Source of the DNA: Octopus sinensis | Lineage: Eukaryota | NCBI RefSeq assembly: GCF_006345805.1 | Contig: NC_043001.1 | Coordinates: 57,784,001 to 57,848,000 of the forward strand | Direction of reading: 5' to 3' | Length of the DNA: 64,000 nucleotides | Part shown: piece by piece, positions 23,611 through 35,899 of the stretch | Numbering within the stretch: the first letter of the stretch is position 1 | Layout: the number at the start of each line of letters is the position of its first letter | Made by a program: the position numbers and the translations under genes | Notes under the pieces: generated by a model | What the model was told of the DNA's origin: nothing | Database searches by the model: none | The model's input: only the letters and a program-made list of their open reading frames with translations

Positions 23611-25942
23611 TATTTCATAACATTTGCCATAAAGGCAGTACATAGAGTAAGTTAGCTTTGCGGGCTGGACGAGGACATTAATGAAATGAATGATAATGAA
23701 AGAAAGATGATGGGGATGGGAGAAGACAAAAAGCGCCCGCCGACTTCTGTTTCTCTAAAACATTGTTCTTTTAAAAACAAACACAAAACAAGGTATTAAA
23801 CCTCTTACAATTTTTACAACTTCTCAATTTTTGGACTTAACAGTCTATTACTAACAACAACATAGTTCAATAATTACATATGATATAAATACAATACACA
23901 AAGCCCCTCCTCCCTGACCTGGCTTACACTTCCCTTAGGAACGCGCCAGCTCTAGGTTGGGGCCCCCCAAGTCGTATCACAATTTATGACTCGTCCTCAA
24001 AACAACTTGTGCCCGCACCCTCCGTCATCCACCACGCCTCCCTCAGAATGTAATCGAGTTCCGTGTTAGCGTCGCCCGGGACCAAGCTATAATCCTCATT
24101 GAGCTCCTTCAGCCCAAGCGTCACGTCGAATGCCACGGCCTCCACAGCTACCTGCGGAGGCCATTCGGGGTCCTGTGTGAAGGCTAAAGGTGCTCCCTTA
24201 TGGTACTTTTCCATCACCTTTTCAATCTCTCCGCCTCTATGGAAGAGGATCAATACATCGTATTTCCTCTGGGGCGGGATATTCAATTCTTTCGTTGGTG
24301 GCACAGTTCCCGCAATTGGTGTTTCTTCTCCTGTCGGTGGCACAACCCCAACCGACGTAGTTCCGGGACATTCCGGTACTATGTCACCGACTGCCGACAA
24401 TGTCCCGTTTCTCTTCCTCTTTTTCTTTTTTTTCTTTTCAGCTGAGGGAGGGTGTGCCTCCTCCGTGGCCGGAAGATTCGCTTTTCCCTCCTCATCCCTA
24501 GTATCCTTTGGTGAGCACCCATTGTTGCTCACCTTCCTCTTTCAGCCTCTGTTTGAGGAGTCCTCCGCTTCCTCGGCCGTCTTCATTCCCTCTTCTACAG
24601 GGATTTCACTTAACTGCTCCGGGATTCTATTTTGTTCCCGGGGACAGTTTTTCTTTATATGGCCGGACTCCAAGCACCGATGACACCTAGGGGGGCGACC
24701 CTCAAGTATCACCGGGTACCTGCACCCGGCCATTTTCAAAAAATCTTGAAGAACCAGATTGGCTGATTGGGTCCAAAGGGTCAAAATTGCTTTTGACCCA
24801 ACCCAAACAGCCGCAGGAAGAACTTTCACATTAAGAAGCTTAGTTCCGCTGCTACCCAGACCCCGGCGGATAGTCTTCTCTATCCACTCGGGTTTTATCC
24901 CGGATGGCAGCCCGCAGATCCAAGCTTTCATCAGTCTCTTTCCATGGTACGTGGGCAGAAATAAAATTTCCTTACCCTCTAGGGGTTTACTAGAAAATTT
25001 GCAAGCCTCTTCACGAGTGTCAAATAGCAACCACACCGTTGCATATCTGAAACCCTTGGAAATGAATTTAATTGTTGGTAAATACTCTGCCAGCTCCTTT
25101 TCAATTGCCGTCTTTTCGAATAGGGTGATGGTGTCGAGTGCCTTGGAGTAGGTTCTCAACACCACTGTCCTATCTTCACTGTCTTTTAACCACTTTTTAG
25201 GCGGCATAATCTCCCATTCCAAAATTTTGTCATTTTTCATTACCATGTTTTTTTTTAATATATTCAAAATAGACTTAAAAAGCGAGAAGAAAAAAGTTCA
25301 AAAGTCCAAATAAAATTCGATAGATTTTTTGAAAAAAATAGGGAAGATACAAAAGGGAGAAAGCACAACAGAAGGGAAGAAATCAACGGAAAGTCACAAT
25401 AAACAAAAAAAAAACAGATAGGGGAGTTAAATAAAGTTCAAAAGAAAGTCAATAAACAGCAAAACACAGCAAAAATCTTCTGGCCCTACGGTACTCCCGG
25501 CCTGAGTTGAACCTGGAACGCCGCAACTGGAACACAACTTCCACAAAAATTGGTCCAAAAGGTAATCCAAAAGGGTAATCCAAGTGGCTTATTCTTATAG
25601 TTTTCTTGCGAGATACGCCCACAAGAAGAATTCTCAATTCACCGTTGCGGCCAAAATTTAACACTATTTTCAAACGAAAGTTTGGCAGGATACGCCCTCC
25701 AAGCCAATAATTTTCACAATTAAGTGAATATTTTCACTCAGCCTCAGGTAGACCAGAGTCTAGTGAGGACTTCTTGCTTGTAAAAATAATTTGCAACATA
25801 CAACAGGTCCCCACTAGACCCCCAAAATTCTTACCTTACGGCTGAGTATTCAAAAGTCTTCAAGTTAAGACGGTTTTCAAAAACACGTCTTCAATCTTCG
25901 GTATCAAAACCACATTGACTTGCACATGCGTAGAAGCAACCT
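23611..25942 (-). mobile_element. ORF1-only Tx1/L1-like retroelement, copy 2 (near intact)
   Basis: About 700-nt 5' UTR, one ~420-codon ORF, ~370-nt 3' UTR ending AATA at the target motif; no EN or RT anywhere; bounded by 15-bp repeats. Confidence 0.78.
23984..25246 (-). pseudogene. ORF1-like protein (~420 aa) with CX2CX4HX4C knuckle, broken by one in-frame TGA at 24542-24544
   Basis: ORFs 24542-25267 and 23984-24532 are in the same frame (SSNRG*KRKVSNNG, probably W to stop). RCHRCLESGHIKKNC knuckle; basic KKKKKKRKR stretch. First ATG at 25246. Confidence 0.75.
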
Positions 25943-25977
25943 GTTAGCAAGCTACTTACCATGCAGCCACTCCTTCT
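25943..25977 (-). mobile_element. Displaced 5' head of the SINE at 21551-21940
   Basis: gttagcaagctacttaccatgcagccactcct matches SINE head acaagctacttatcacacagccactcct at 10381-10408. Confidence 0.8.
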
Positions 25978-27499
25978 ACTATTTAAAAAAAAAAATAATT
26001 AATAGTGCCAAGATCATTCAATCAAAAAGTAAGCTAAAAAATTAGTTCGTTTTTGTACCTGGTTTGCCTATATATATATATATAATATATATATGTGTGT
26101 GTGTGTGTGTGTATATCAGTATATATGTGTATATATGCGTGGATTTGCCAGTGTGCATGTGTCTGTGCACATGTGTGTGAGCGCGCACACGCGTCTCGGT
26201 GTGAAATTCCACATCTTTACACTCACAATCACATTCACAGAAATACAGGAACCCTCTTCATGTACATCTCTTTCTCTTACACATTATTCTTTCTTGTGTT
26301 CAGCGATATATCTTAAAATGTAACCTATAATTCTTTTACCGAGATTTCCATTATTGTGGTCTCTTTTTTGCTTTCTTTCTTTACCGAGAGATAAGTAACC
26401 AAGGTAACGAAAGTATTACGTATTCATAGTAACACTTACACATGTGATTCGGGTTTATAGTTTTTTTTTCCATATATTATTACGTTTGCGAAAGTTTTCT
26501 TTTCCTCTTAAGCTATATGTCATTGTTGCAATAAAAGACTGACAATGTCTTAGAAATAAAATAACTATATAAGAGTGTATCCATGCATAGAACGGATTAC
26601 TTTATGCTTTTATGTAGATTTCATTCAAACTAATAAAGGAACCGGAAAAATACAAAAATAATGATAGAGTACTAGTAGAATATTCCAAATTACAAAAATG
26701 AGCAATCCCAGATATCTACTAATGTTGCATTATCATCATCAACATCACCCCCCGCCACCACCACCATCACCATCACCAATAACAACAACAACAACAACAA
26801 TGACACCAATACCATTATTAATGTTGCTAAGTAATCTTTCTATGGCGTGCTTTCTCTACACTATTGAATGCATTTTTGTGTGTCATCCTTTCTGCAGATA
26901 CATTTCATTTTGTTTCTTTTAGTTGGCAACTAATGTCAGTGTAGTAGATATTAGTTTTATATTCTGTGAGTTGATTGTATATGTATGTTTTTGTGTTTTA
27001 TTTCTGAATTTTTATGAACACTTTGTGATAATTCCCAATCATCAATTATTATAAAGTTTATTTGTATTTTCAGCCCTAACATTCAAATTATTTTATGCTG
27101 TGATCTTTATATTTAAATATTTAAAAAAAATACTTTCAGCGCTGACTTAGCATCTGTTGGGATAAATTCGTCGATCAGATGGAATTTCCACTCTTGTCCT
27201 TTCTTAACGACAGTATCTCGAGGACTACATTTTAGTTCTATGTTGCATTGTTCTGATATATATGTCCCAGCACTGCGACTCTTGTGAATTCGTATATCTT
27301 TTATTACGCTTGGGTAGCCAGTGGCGAAGGTGTTATTTCGTCATTGCATCTTTTAAATTTACATAATGTAGAAATGCGAAAGAGATGTCAGTTACTTGCA
27401 GTCTAACAAAAGCTACAAGAGTATCATCAACAACAGTCGCGAAATTAAGACATGCAAAGGTTTGGGTTAACTGCTAATAATGTTTGTCATTTCAATATT

Positions 27500-28160
27500 A
27501 ATATTAAAACAACTACATAAAATATCCCTGAGTTAAAAATTCATTTGCGGAAAAGAGGCTGTTGTATAGGAAGGATGCAATAGAACTGCGGACGATAACG
27601 TACATACTGATACAGGACAAATTCACATATCCAACAGGAATCTCTTAAGTCACTCCTAACCAGCATGTGGTGAAACATATCCTATTCACAGGGACCATAC
27701 CATTGAACGATGTGCTGACAAGTGATCACAAAACGTAAAACATATACAAGCCTGTAAATGATACAACGTCTAATAACTCAAGACTCAATGTTTCCGACAG
27801 TCAAATTATAAAAATAATAACTACATGAGGTCGACGCCTTTCTAATTGACTTTCGGATAAAATAATAATACTGTACGTTGTGTGGGGGTTCTAATGTTGC
27901 ATATAACTGGTCATTGAATGAACAATTATAAGCAACGTTGGAACCCACACACAAGGTACAGGAAACTTATATACACCATTCGGCTCAAATAATGAAACGG
28001 CGGATAAAATATGCTTAATTATCTCACTTCTATTTTCCTTCCTCCACTTCACTCTGCATTTCATATCTTCTCTATAATAACAACTATTGCTTAACCATGT
28101 TCTCGCACCGTCTCTGATGAAGGGATTTATAAAATATCCCGGAAACAGCTATAAGTCATT
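27500..28160 (+). mobile_element. Highly decayed Penelope-like element 3' portion ending in a hammerhead motif
   Basis: Weak RKRG(Y)-type and GIY-YIG-like remnants, plus the terminal hammerhead. Confidence 0.4.
28110..28157 (+). ncRNA. Minimal type-I hammerhead ribozyme motif (two substitutions)
   Basis: GTCT CTGATGA A GGGAT ttataaaat ATCCC G GAAAC AGCT ATA AGTC. Canonical CUGAUGA and GAAAC, 5-bp stem II; G16.2A and one stem-I mismatch. Confidence 0.6.
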
Positions 28161-28939
28161 ATGTTTATAAATGTTCTGTAATCTTTCATAACCTTGGACT
28201 TTTTTATCTCATTCTTTTATATATATGGATTTTTATCTCATTCTGTTATATATATATATATTATTGTATAAGGTATTGTGGGTAAGGCCAAAACAATGCG
28301 AAGTTAATGCAAGGTACATGCAAGGTACATCACAAGGAAACATGTGAATTAATGTACTTACCTTGTATTCAATATTTTAGGTTTATGACCCCATTTTTCA
28401 AGAAATGCCACGTAATGCTTCATTGTAATTATTCCATTATAATATATATATATATATATAATATATATATATATATATAATATATATATATATATACGCA
28501 AATACACATGTATATATATACCACGGATCTCCTATCGCGCTTCCATGATTACAGCATCCTAACCACTGTGCCAAACGCGAAGAGTAGTTCATGTGAAGCT
28601 ATTTGTGGTATTGAAAATGATTTTTAAACTACAAAAGGAAAAGGAAAGGAAAGAAATCATTGCAAATTTCCTATTAACCAAGTATTTCTATGTTTAGGGG
28701 TTATAATGTTTACTTCAAGAAATATATGAAAGGGATGGATGGAAAAGCTGCTGATCACTTGTATGGAGGGGAATGGTGAGGAAGGTGACATTTGCACATT
28801 GTTGTTGTTATGGTAACCGGTTTGATTCGCGTAGTCCTTTCTTGTTGTTAATAGCTGGTCCAAGTTTATTTTTAGGAGGATCTCCATAACTCTGCGATTA
28901 CCCTGTCACATTGAGTGGACCTGATAGCTTAAAATCTGG

Positions 28940-29440
28940 CACATTTTAGGTTTTATTTTTAAGTGTTTGTTCTTGTACACGAGCGTGCAATTTCCTGGTG
29001 GTGTTCTGAACACAGGATGCCCCACATTTACTGAAGACTTCATCGTATATCATATAGACCCTCGGGCATGTTTTAACGTTATTGATGGGGCAATTACATA
29101 GTGTGCTATCAGTGGTATTATTCTCCCAGAGAAATTTCCTCAGCGATAAAGCGATGTGCATCATGTTGAACATCGCCTTGCAGATCACAATTTGTAAAGC
29201 TGCAGTTGTTCTGTCATCGAGGCAGAGCAGTTTAAGGAAGCACATTTAAAGGCTTGGGTCTATTTACCTTCTTATGTGGTTTACTCGGTTTCCTGTTTTA
29301 TAGATGTAGTCGTTTGCTTACGAATGACGGATAGCTATTGTGTGTTAAATTCTTGAGGAGCCGCTCGGCGTTGATAACATTTTCAGTCGCTTTTGCGTGT
29401 GATTTCATTTTGCACGTATGCGGCTTTAGATCTAATGGGC
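28940..29440 (-). mobile_element. Penelope-like remnant (thumb + GIY-YIG)
   Basis: LKNLTHNSYPSF and YMIYDEVFSKCGASCVQNTTRKLHARVQE resemble the PLE GIY-YIG pattern CxxCGxxYxGxTxRxLHxRxxEH. Confidence 0.45.
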
Positions 29441-29456
29441 AGGGCAGACTCGTAAT

Positions 29457-29552
29457 GAAGAAGAAAAAGAAGAAGAAGAAGAAGAAGAAGAAGAAGAAGA
29501 AGAAGAAGAAGAAGAAGAAGAAGAAGAAGAAGAAGAAGAAGAAGAAAAAGAA
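29457..29552. repeat. (GAA)n tract, ~30 units
   Basis: Direct reading; produces the poly-K and poly-F pseudo-ORFs. Confidence 0.95.
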
Positions 29553-30289
29553 GGAAAACCTGGCGATGATGATGATGATGGTGACAACAACGATCGACAA
29601 ACGAGGGTCCAAACTTAATATCAGACCTATATTCTCGAGAATTGTCGCTCCGTTTTACAAATTTTGCTGACTCCTTTATGAGATCCTCAAAGCCTTATAC
29701 AAACACTTCCAGAACACGTAAAGAACTCCAACCAGAAGGTGAAAAAGTCGACCATATCTTAATGGTCATTCTATTTAGAATTAACCAATATCCTCTCAGC
29801 TTAGACGTGGCCTCACTCAGTACTCCTGTGCCCGTTCTACCAGCTGTTTATATCATAACTCATATACACAACTTTACGTATATATATATATATATAATTA
29901 GTGGGGAGGGAAAGTAAAATTTTATTAGGGGAAGGAAAGTAAATTTCTTTATATACATAACAAAAATCACAAAGCAAAAAATGAAACCAGACACTCATTT
30001 ACATATGTACACCGACACACATATACGCATACTTTTTATTGTATATAAATTTTTAAATAGGTATGTACTTGAAGACAGATACATATATTTACACCAAAAG
30101 CAATAATAAATATTAAACCTTAAATAAAGAAAATTTATTAATGGCATAAGGGAAATTCTTTTAATAATTATAACAGTAATTTACTAAGTGAATTTGTAGA
30201 TGAGGTAATATATATAATTGCGTGGACGCGAATGATATTTGATAGATATATGTATTCTGTATATTATTATATTGTAATATAATACATAT

Positions 30290-30418
30290 ATATTCTGCTG
30301 AAGTGGAATTTGCCTTTCATCCCATCGGGGTCGATATATCAGTTGAAAACTGGGATCGGTTTTATCGGATAATCCCCTCACCCGAAATTGCTGGCCTTGA
30401 GCCAAATTCTGAAATCAA
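30290..30418 (+). mobile_element. 3' half of a second SINE family (family D)
   Basis: ttgcctttcatcccatcggggtcgat...gaaattgctggccttgagccaaattctgaaa resembles the reverse complement of 45460-45570 and 45728-45787. Confidence 0.6.
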
Positions 30419-30591
30419 TATAAAACGCATATAGTTACATAAATACACACACATACACACGCGCGTATACATACACATATCATAAACATACAAACATCCA
30501 TATGCATCCTTCTATATATACGTACACGCACATATAGTTATGTACAAATATACACATATACGCATACACACATATATACACACATATATAC

Positions 30592-30880
30592 AATGGCCCA
30601 CTGGTTAGGGCAGCGGGCTCGCGGTCGTCGGATTGCGGTTTCGATTCCCAGACCGAGTGTTGTGGGTGTTTATTGAGCGAAAACACCTTAAAGCTCCACG
30701 AGGCTCCGGCGGTGGGTGGTGATCTCTGCTGTACTCTTTCACCACTCTTTCTTTCACTCTTTCTTCTGTTGGCCTGCTCGCCTAGCCAGCGGGGTGACGT
30801 CATTCGAAGGCTAAAACAATGCGAATGCATTGTGACCAGCGATGTGTAACAACATCTGATGGTCTGGTCGGTCACGTGAT
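30592..30880 (+). mobile_element. tRNA-headed SINE family B (OR-type-like), tail variant 1
   Basis: Head caatggcccactggttagggcagcgggctcgcggtc...ggtttcgattcccagacc; shares its first ~170 bp with 35562-35390. Confidence 0.8.
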
Positions 30881-30928
<48 letters not shown>

Positions 30929-33226
30929 CACACACGTACACATACCTATAAATATACACACTAACGAAAATATGCACATGCATATATGCATGCATTCACA
31001 TTTACACATGTATATATGCATATACATACACACACACATATGTATACGCATACACACATATACATTTATATACGTAGATATTTACGAATACAGAGAAGTA
31101 GATATATCGATCGACAGACGTATAGATATAGATATAGATATACAGAGACCTATATTCCCTATGTATATAGATTAATATGAATGAATTTGAGAATTGTCCC
31201 ACGTTGCTATCGAAATGAGAATATCTTTCCACCCGTGATTATAAATGAGCAGCATGAAATAGATGATTTTCATTTGTTTATTATCTCACGTATTTCAATC
31301 GTTAGACAGCCGTCATAATTTATGAGTGCCTCCAAGTATTTAGTTACATAATTTGATCTCAACGCATATTTTAAATTAGAGTAATTACATCGGCCATTTT
31401 TACTCAACTTCTGTTTTACCACGACGTGAACAAAACTACACCGGTTCTCATGTCAAACTCAAGATGCACTTACATATATTCATGCATACATTTATACGCA
31501 CAAACACACACATACACACATCATTAGCTACATCGCAGTTCTCATTTACCCGATTACCCAGGTTTTGAGTAAAAGGCACCGTAGCACGTTATTTAACTGA
31601 ACGCAAAACAACTTGGTTGCGAGGAGAACTTAACTATGTAGACAGGCAGTAGCGGAATCGTGCAGAATATTACTAAATAAAGCAAGCTGAAAGATCCCAA
31701 GCTATAAAGAGAATTCGCATCGAATATAATTTGGAATGTGAACAGGATAACCAACACTGCAGCCTCCGATTATTTCTGTAAGAATTTGCCTCATGAAAGC
31801 TATAAAAGAGCTGCTGCCTCAATCGGCAAGGCATACGAAGACGATCAATCAATGTTTATACTACCTTTTCTTTTATTGCGTTTGTTTACATATATACCTG
31901 TGTGTGTGTGTGTGCATATATACGTGTCTATATGTAGATATATATTTATATGCATGTACGCACTCATACACACAGATATATATTTATATGCATGAACGCA
32001 CACATACGCACACACACATATATATATATATACATACAGCAAGCACATATACGCACGAGTACATTTGTATGTATCTGTGTGAGTCTGTGTATTTATTCGT
32101 GAATGTGTGTGTGTATGTGTTTGTGTGCACATGTGTGTAAACAGTGAATGTTATATAAAGTTACAGATCAATGAATTAAAGAAAAGCTGGGAGAAAATGG
32201 GAGAAAAAACACAACGATAAGTTGTAAGTAGATATACAATGGATGAAAATAAACTTTTTTTGTCGTTGTCCATTTAGATACGTAATTAGCTATTTACATG
32301 TATATTGCTTCATTGCAGAAGAACATTTTCAACAAAGGATACACATCGAAGAACAGTAAAGCCAGCTTCATTGATACAGTCATTGATATTTACTGTTAAC
32401 TCCAAACATAGCTTCTTCATTCTTCAGTGGTTGTTGAATACTACTGAAATGACAAGGGATGACCTTTTCTGATATTCTATAGATTTACTTCTTTCAGAGA
32501 TGATTCTTCTGTGTCCATACCATTGTATGCTACCACCAGTGAGATTGACCAACTTTTCATGAACTGCGACTGGGCGACAGTTGTCTAAGAATTGTCTATT
32601 AGCCAGTCTTTTCCTATTTTAACAATGCCATACAGATTAAGTTAAGAATAATACTGTTTGTTGGCAAATATTCACAATAGATCTTTTGCATCATACCTAA
32701 CAAAAATTTTACGGACTTTGATTCTGTTGTTGATCCGCTTATTATTATCTCCTCTTTTTCTTTTTTTCTTCTTCCTAATTTATACTAGACTTCCTTTTCT
32801 TTCTCATGTTCCATAGATTCTTTTTTCTAAATCAATTTCATTAGATTCTTTCATGTCTCATTCTATCACTTTTTTTCATAGAACATCTTTATAAACCAAT
32901 CCCTAGCAAGGTCTCTTTGTGAATTATATTTTACATTTAGTCATTTGTGTTTCTATTCGTATTCATTTGTGAGTTTTGCTTTTCTAAAAAACAAGATATT
33001 AAGTAAATGAAATGAGATATCTGTATAAACAATGTGCAATCGAATCCAGTTCTATAAAATTGTTTAACCAATGTAAAAGATTCTGGTTGAATACCATTTC
33101 CTAGTAAGACTACTACTTTAAATTATACTCTGATACATTCCCACCTTGTAGTTGGTATAAGTTTCTAAAACATGTTTTAAAATTCGGTGATAAAGAAGTG
33201 TATTATGAACTGTTACAATCTCTGCC

Positions 33227-33263
<37 letters not shown>

Positions 33264-34518
33264 TTTAACAGAAGAGGAAATCTGAGTAGCTTCTACATCG
33301 AGAGATAGAAATGCAATTTCCATTTAGCCATTATTTATCTTTTGGAAAGACGGATGAATACATTCTATAGTTGGTACAATTCTAGACTCAGTACGTTTGA
33401 AAGTAGAAGACATGAAATCACATTTTGAATGCAGTTGGTCCTAGGCTTTACAGCTAAGGCACAGTATTTAAACAGCACATATAATCATAATCATCAGAAT
33501 CATCTCTAGCACAGAGCATCACCACCATTATCATCATTATGACGATGACAAGGCCAGCAGACTGAGTACTCCTACCGTTGTCGACGACGTCGTCGTTGTC
33601 GTAGTCGTTACCTTCATCTTCATCATCATCATCATTACGGTATTCGTCGCCCTCATTGTCTTCATCATCATCCCTAAAGAGTGCTGAAAAAATGCACCGT
33701 AGTTTAAGAGCATTTAATTTTTCCATTGAAAGTTTCAAGAATGGTCTTTATTAACTTACATTCCATGGTGAGGGGAAGGGAGAATGTTTACTCGAAATCC
33801 TTTCCGGTGCATTACACCGCTGAAAACTACTTGCCCGCCATTTCTTTTTATCATCGAGTTGATGACTAGTGGGTATGGAAGATGACTATTGACTAAATTA
33901 TCAGAACAATTTTGCAGTGTCCCTCGTTTGCGACTAAAACCATAAAATACATCTTGAAGTTATTTGGCAAGTGTGTAAATCTCTTTTATAGGACTATATT
34001 TGTGATTCGTGTAGGTGATCGGACCATGTGAAATGTTTGAAACTAAATTGAACAAAATTTATTTAGTATATATGGTCTACTTCCATCTATTCACCTATCT
34101 ACGATTAATGAACCCCATCTATCTATAGGGGCGGGAAGCCTCTAAAAATATAGGGTTTTGAGCAGAAAAATGCTTTTCCTATCAATAAACTGAAATGGAA
34201 TGCATCAGTTTTATATGCTAATAACCTGTATTTCAAAGGTAACTATACTAGTGAAAACGAAAATATGAAATCCGACAAATGTTCAGGAGATAGGTGGGAA
34301 TTAACGAGACACAAGTAAAGCAATTACTTTCATGCTGTGATAGTATTAAAAAGTTAAAAGTTGTTAGTAGGAGGTAACATCATATTGGATTACAAATAGA
34401 CCATAAATAAATTAGGCAATACAATATGCGTTATTAAAAATACATACCACAGTTGTTTTTTAAGACACATCTGACATATACTTAAACAAGGACATCCTCG
34501 ATGTCACAGTATGCTGTA

Positions 34519-34550
<32 letters not shown>

Positions 34551-34573
34551 TCAATAATAATAATAATAATAAT

Positions 34574-35026
34574 CGAGCAGACATAATTATTAAAGACTGG
34601 GAAGAAAATACTTGTACACTAATAGAAGTAAGTCTTCCTACTGATAAATATATATCTGTCAAGGAATTTGACAAACTAATTAAATATAAGGAACTGAAAA
34701 CTGAAATACAAAAGATGTGGCATCCTAAAACAAGAACTTTTCCTGTTATTGTAGGTACCCTAGGAATGATAAAAACAGGGATGTCAGAAACAACTAAATA
34801 AGATCACAGAAAAACATGTCTCAGAGAAATCCCAAAGATTGTGCGGACAAGTACTGCCCACATCCTTAGAGAAACCCTATTCATTTTAATGTCTATGTTG
34901 TATTACATGAACTATCTTAACTCCCCATGCTTTCAGTCTTATTGTAAGATCTCTTATCTTCCACTCGCCCTAGGAAGCTGGGTGTGTTTTGGAAAGTTAC
35001 TGTAACAAAGATGCGAAGTAAAAGTA
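34574..35026 (+). mobile_element. 5'-truncated R4/Dong 3' end (REL domain) embedded in (TAA)n
   Basis: RADIIIKDWEENTCTLIEVSLPTDKYISVKEFDKLIKYKELKTEIQKMWHPKTRTFPVIVGTLGMI; (TAA)n on both sides. Confidence 0.85.
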
Positions 35027-35043
35027 TAATAATAATAATAATG

Positions 35044-35094
<51 letters not shown>

Positions 35095-35116
35095 TAATAA
35101 TAATATAATAATAATG

Positions 35117-35166
<50 letters not shown>

Positions 35167-35169
35167 AAT

Positions 35170-35562
35170 TAAGGAAGGAAGCACTCCGTCGGTTACGACG
35201 ATGAGGGTTCCGATTGATCCGAATCAACGGAACAGCCTGCTCGTGAAATTAACATGTAAGTGGCTGAGCACTCCACAGACACGTGCACCCTTAACGTAGT
35301 TCTCGGGGATATTCAGCGTGACACAGAGAGTGACAAGGCCGGCCCCTTGAAATACAGGTACAACAGAAACAGGAAGTAAGAGTGAGAGAAAGTTGTGGTG
35401 AAAGAGTACAGCAGGGATCACCACCATCCCCTGCCGGAGCCTCGTGGAGCTTTTTTAGGTGTTTTCGTTCAATAAACACTCACAACGCCCGGTCTGGGAA
35501 TCGAAACCGCAATCCTATGACCGCGAGTCCGCTGCCCTAACCACTGGGTCATTGCGCCTCCG
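35170..35562 (-). mobile_element. tRNA-headed SINE family B, tail variant 2, within (TAA)n
   Basis: Head ggaggcgcaatgacccagtggttagggcagcggactcgcgg...ggtttcgattcccagacc; tail differs from 30592-30880. Confidence 0.85.
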
Positions 35563-35619
<57 letters not shown>

Positions 35620-35899
35620 TAATAATAATAATGTGACGAAGATATGCTGGAATCAATATATGTGACCAATATTATTAATGATCATTTTTGATGCTATAGG
35701 TAGAACGATGGTGGTAATGATAATCGCTGTGATTATGGAGGCGACAATGCAAGCACGTTATATATATATAAATCTGTGTGTGTGTGTATATATGTACATA
35801 GATGTGCGCGTGTATATACAAATAAAGAGAGGAACAGAAAGATGGGATCTCAATAACAACTCTCGTGGGAACCCCACGAACAACTCATGAAATCATGAT

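Larger units (their letters stand above)
34521..35631. repeat. (TAA)n arrays at 34521-34573, 35027-35169 and 35563-35631 separating insertions
   Basis: Direct reading. Confidence 0.95.

Noticed and set aside
26380-26425. Hammerhead-like GTAACCAAGGTAAC GAAAG
   Set aside because: There is no recognisable CUGANGA core at the right spacing and no valid cleavage triplet.
28355-28425. Short minus-strand ORF MKHYVAFLEKWGHKPKILNT ending at AAG|GTAAGT
   Set aside because: It is isolated, lies between TA arrays and has no partner exons; likely chance or part of a repeat.
29298-29670. Poly-F and poly-K ORFs
   Set aside because: Both are artefacts of the (GAA)n tract.
32300-32760. Faint CR1 RT-like translation (YGIVKIGKDWLI) on the minus strand
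   Set aside because: Too decayed to support by eye.
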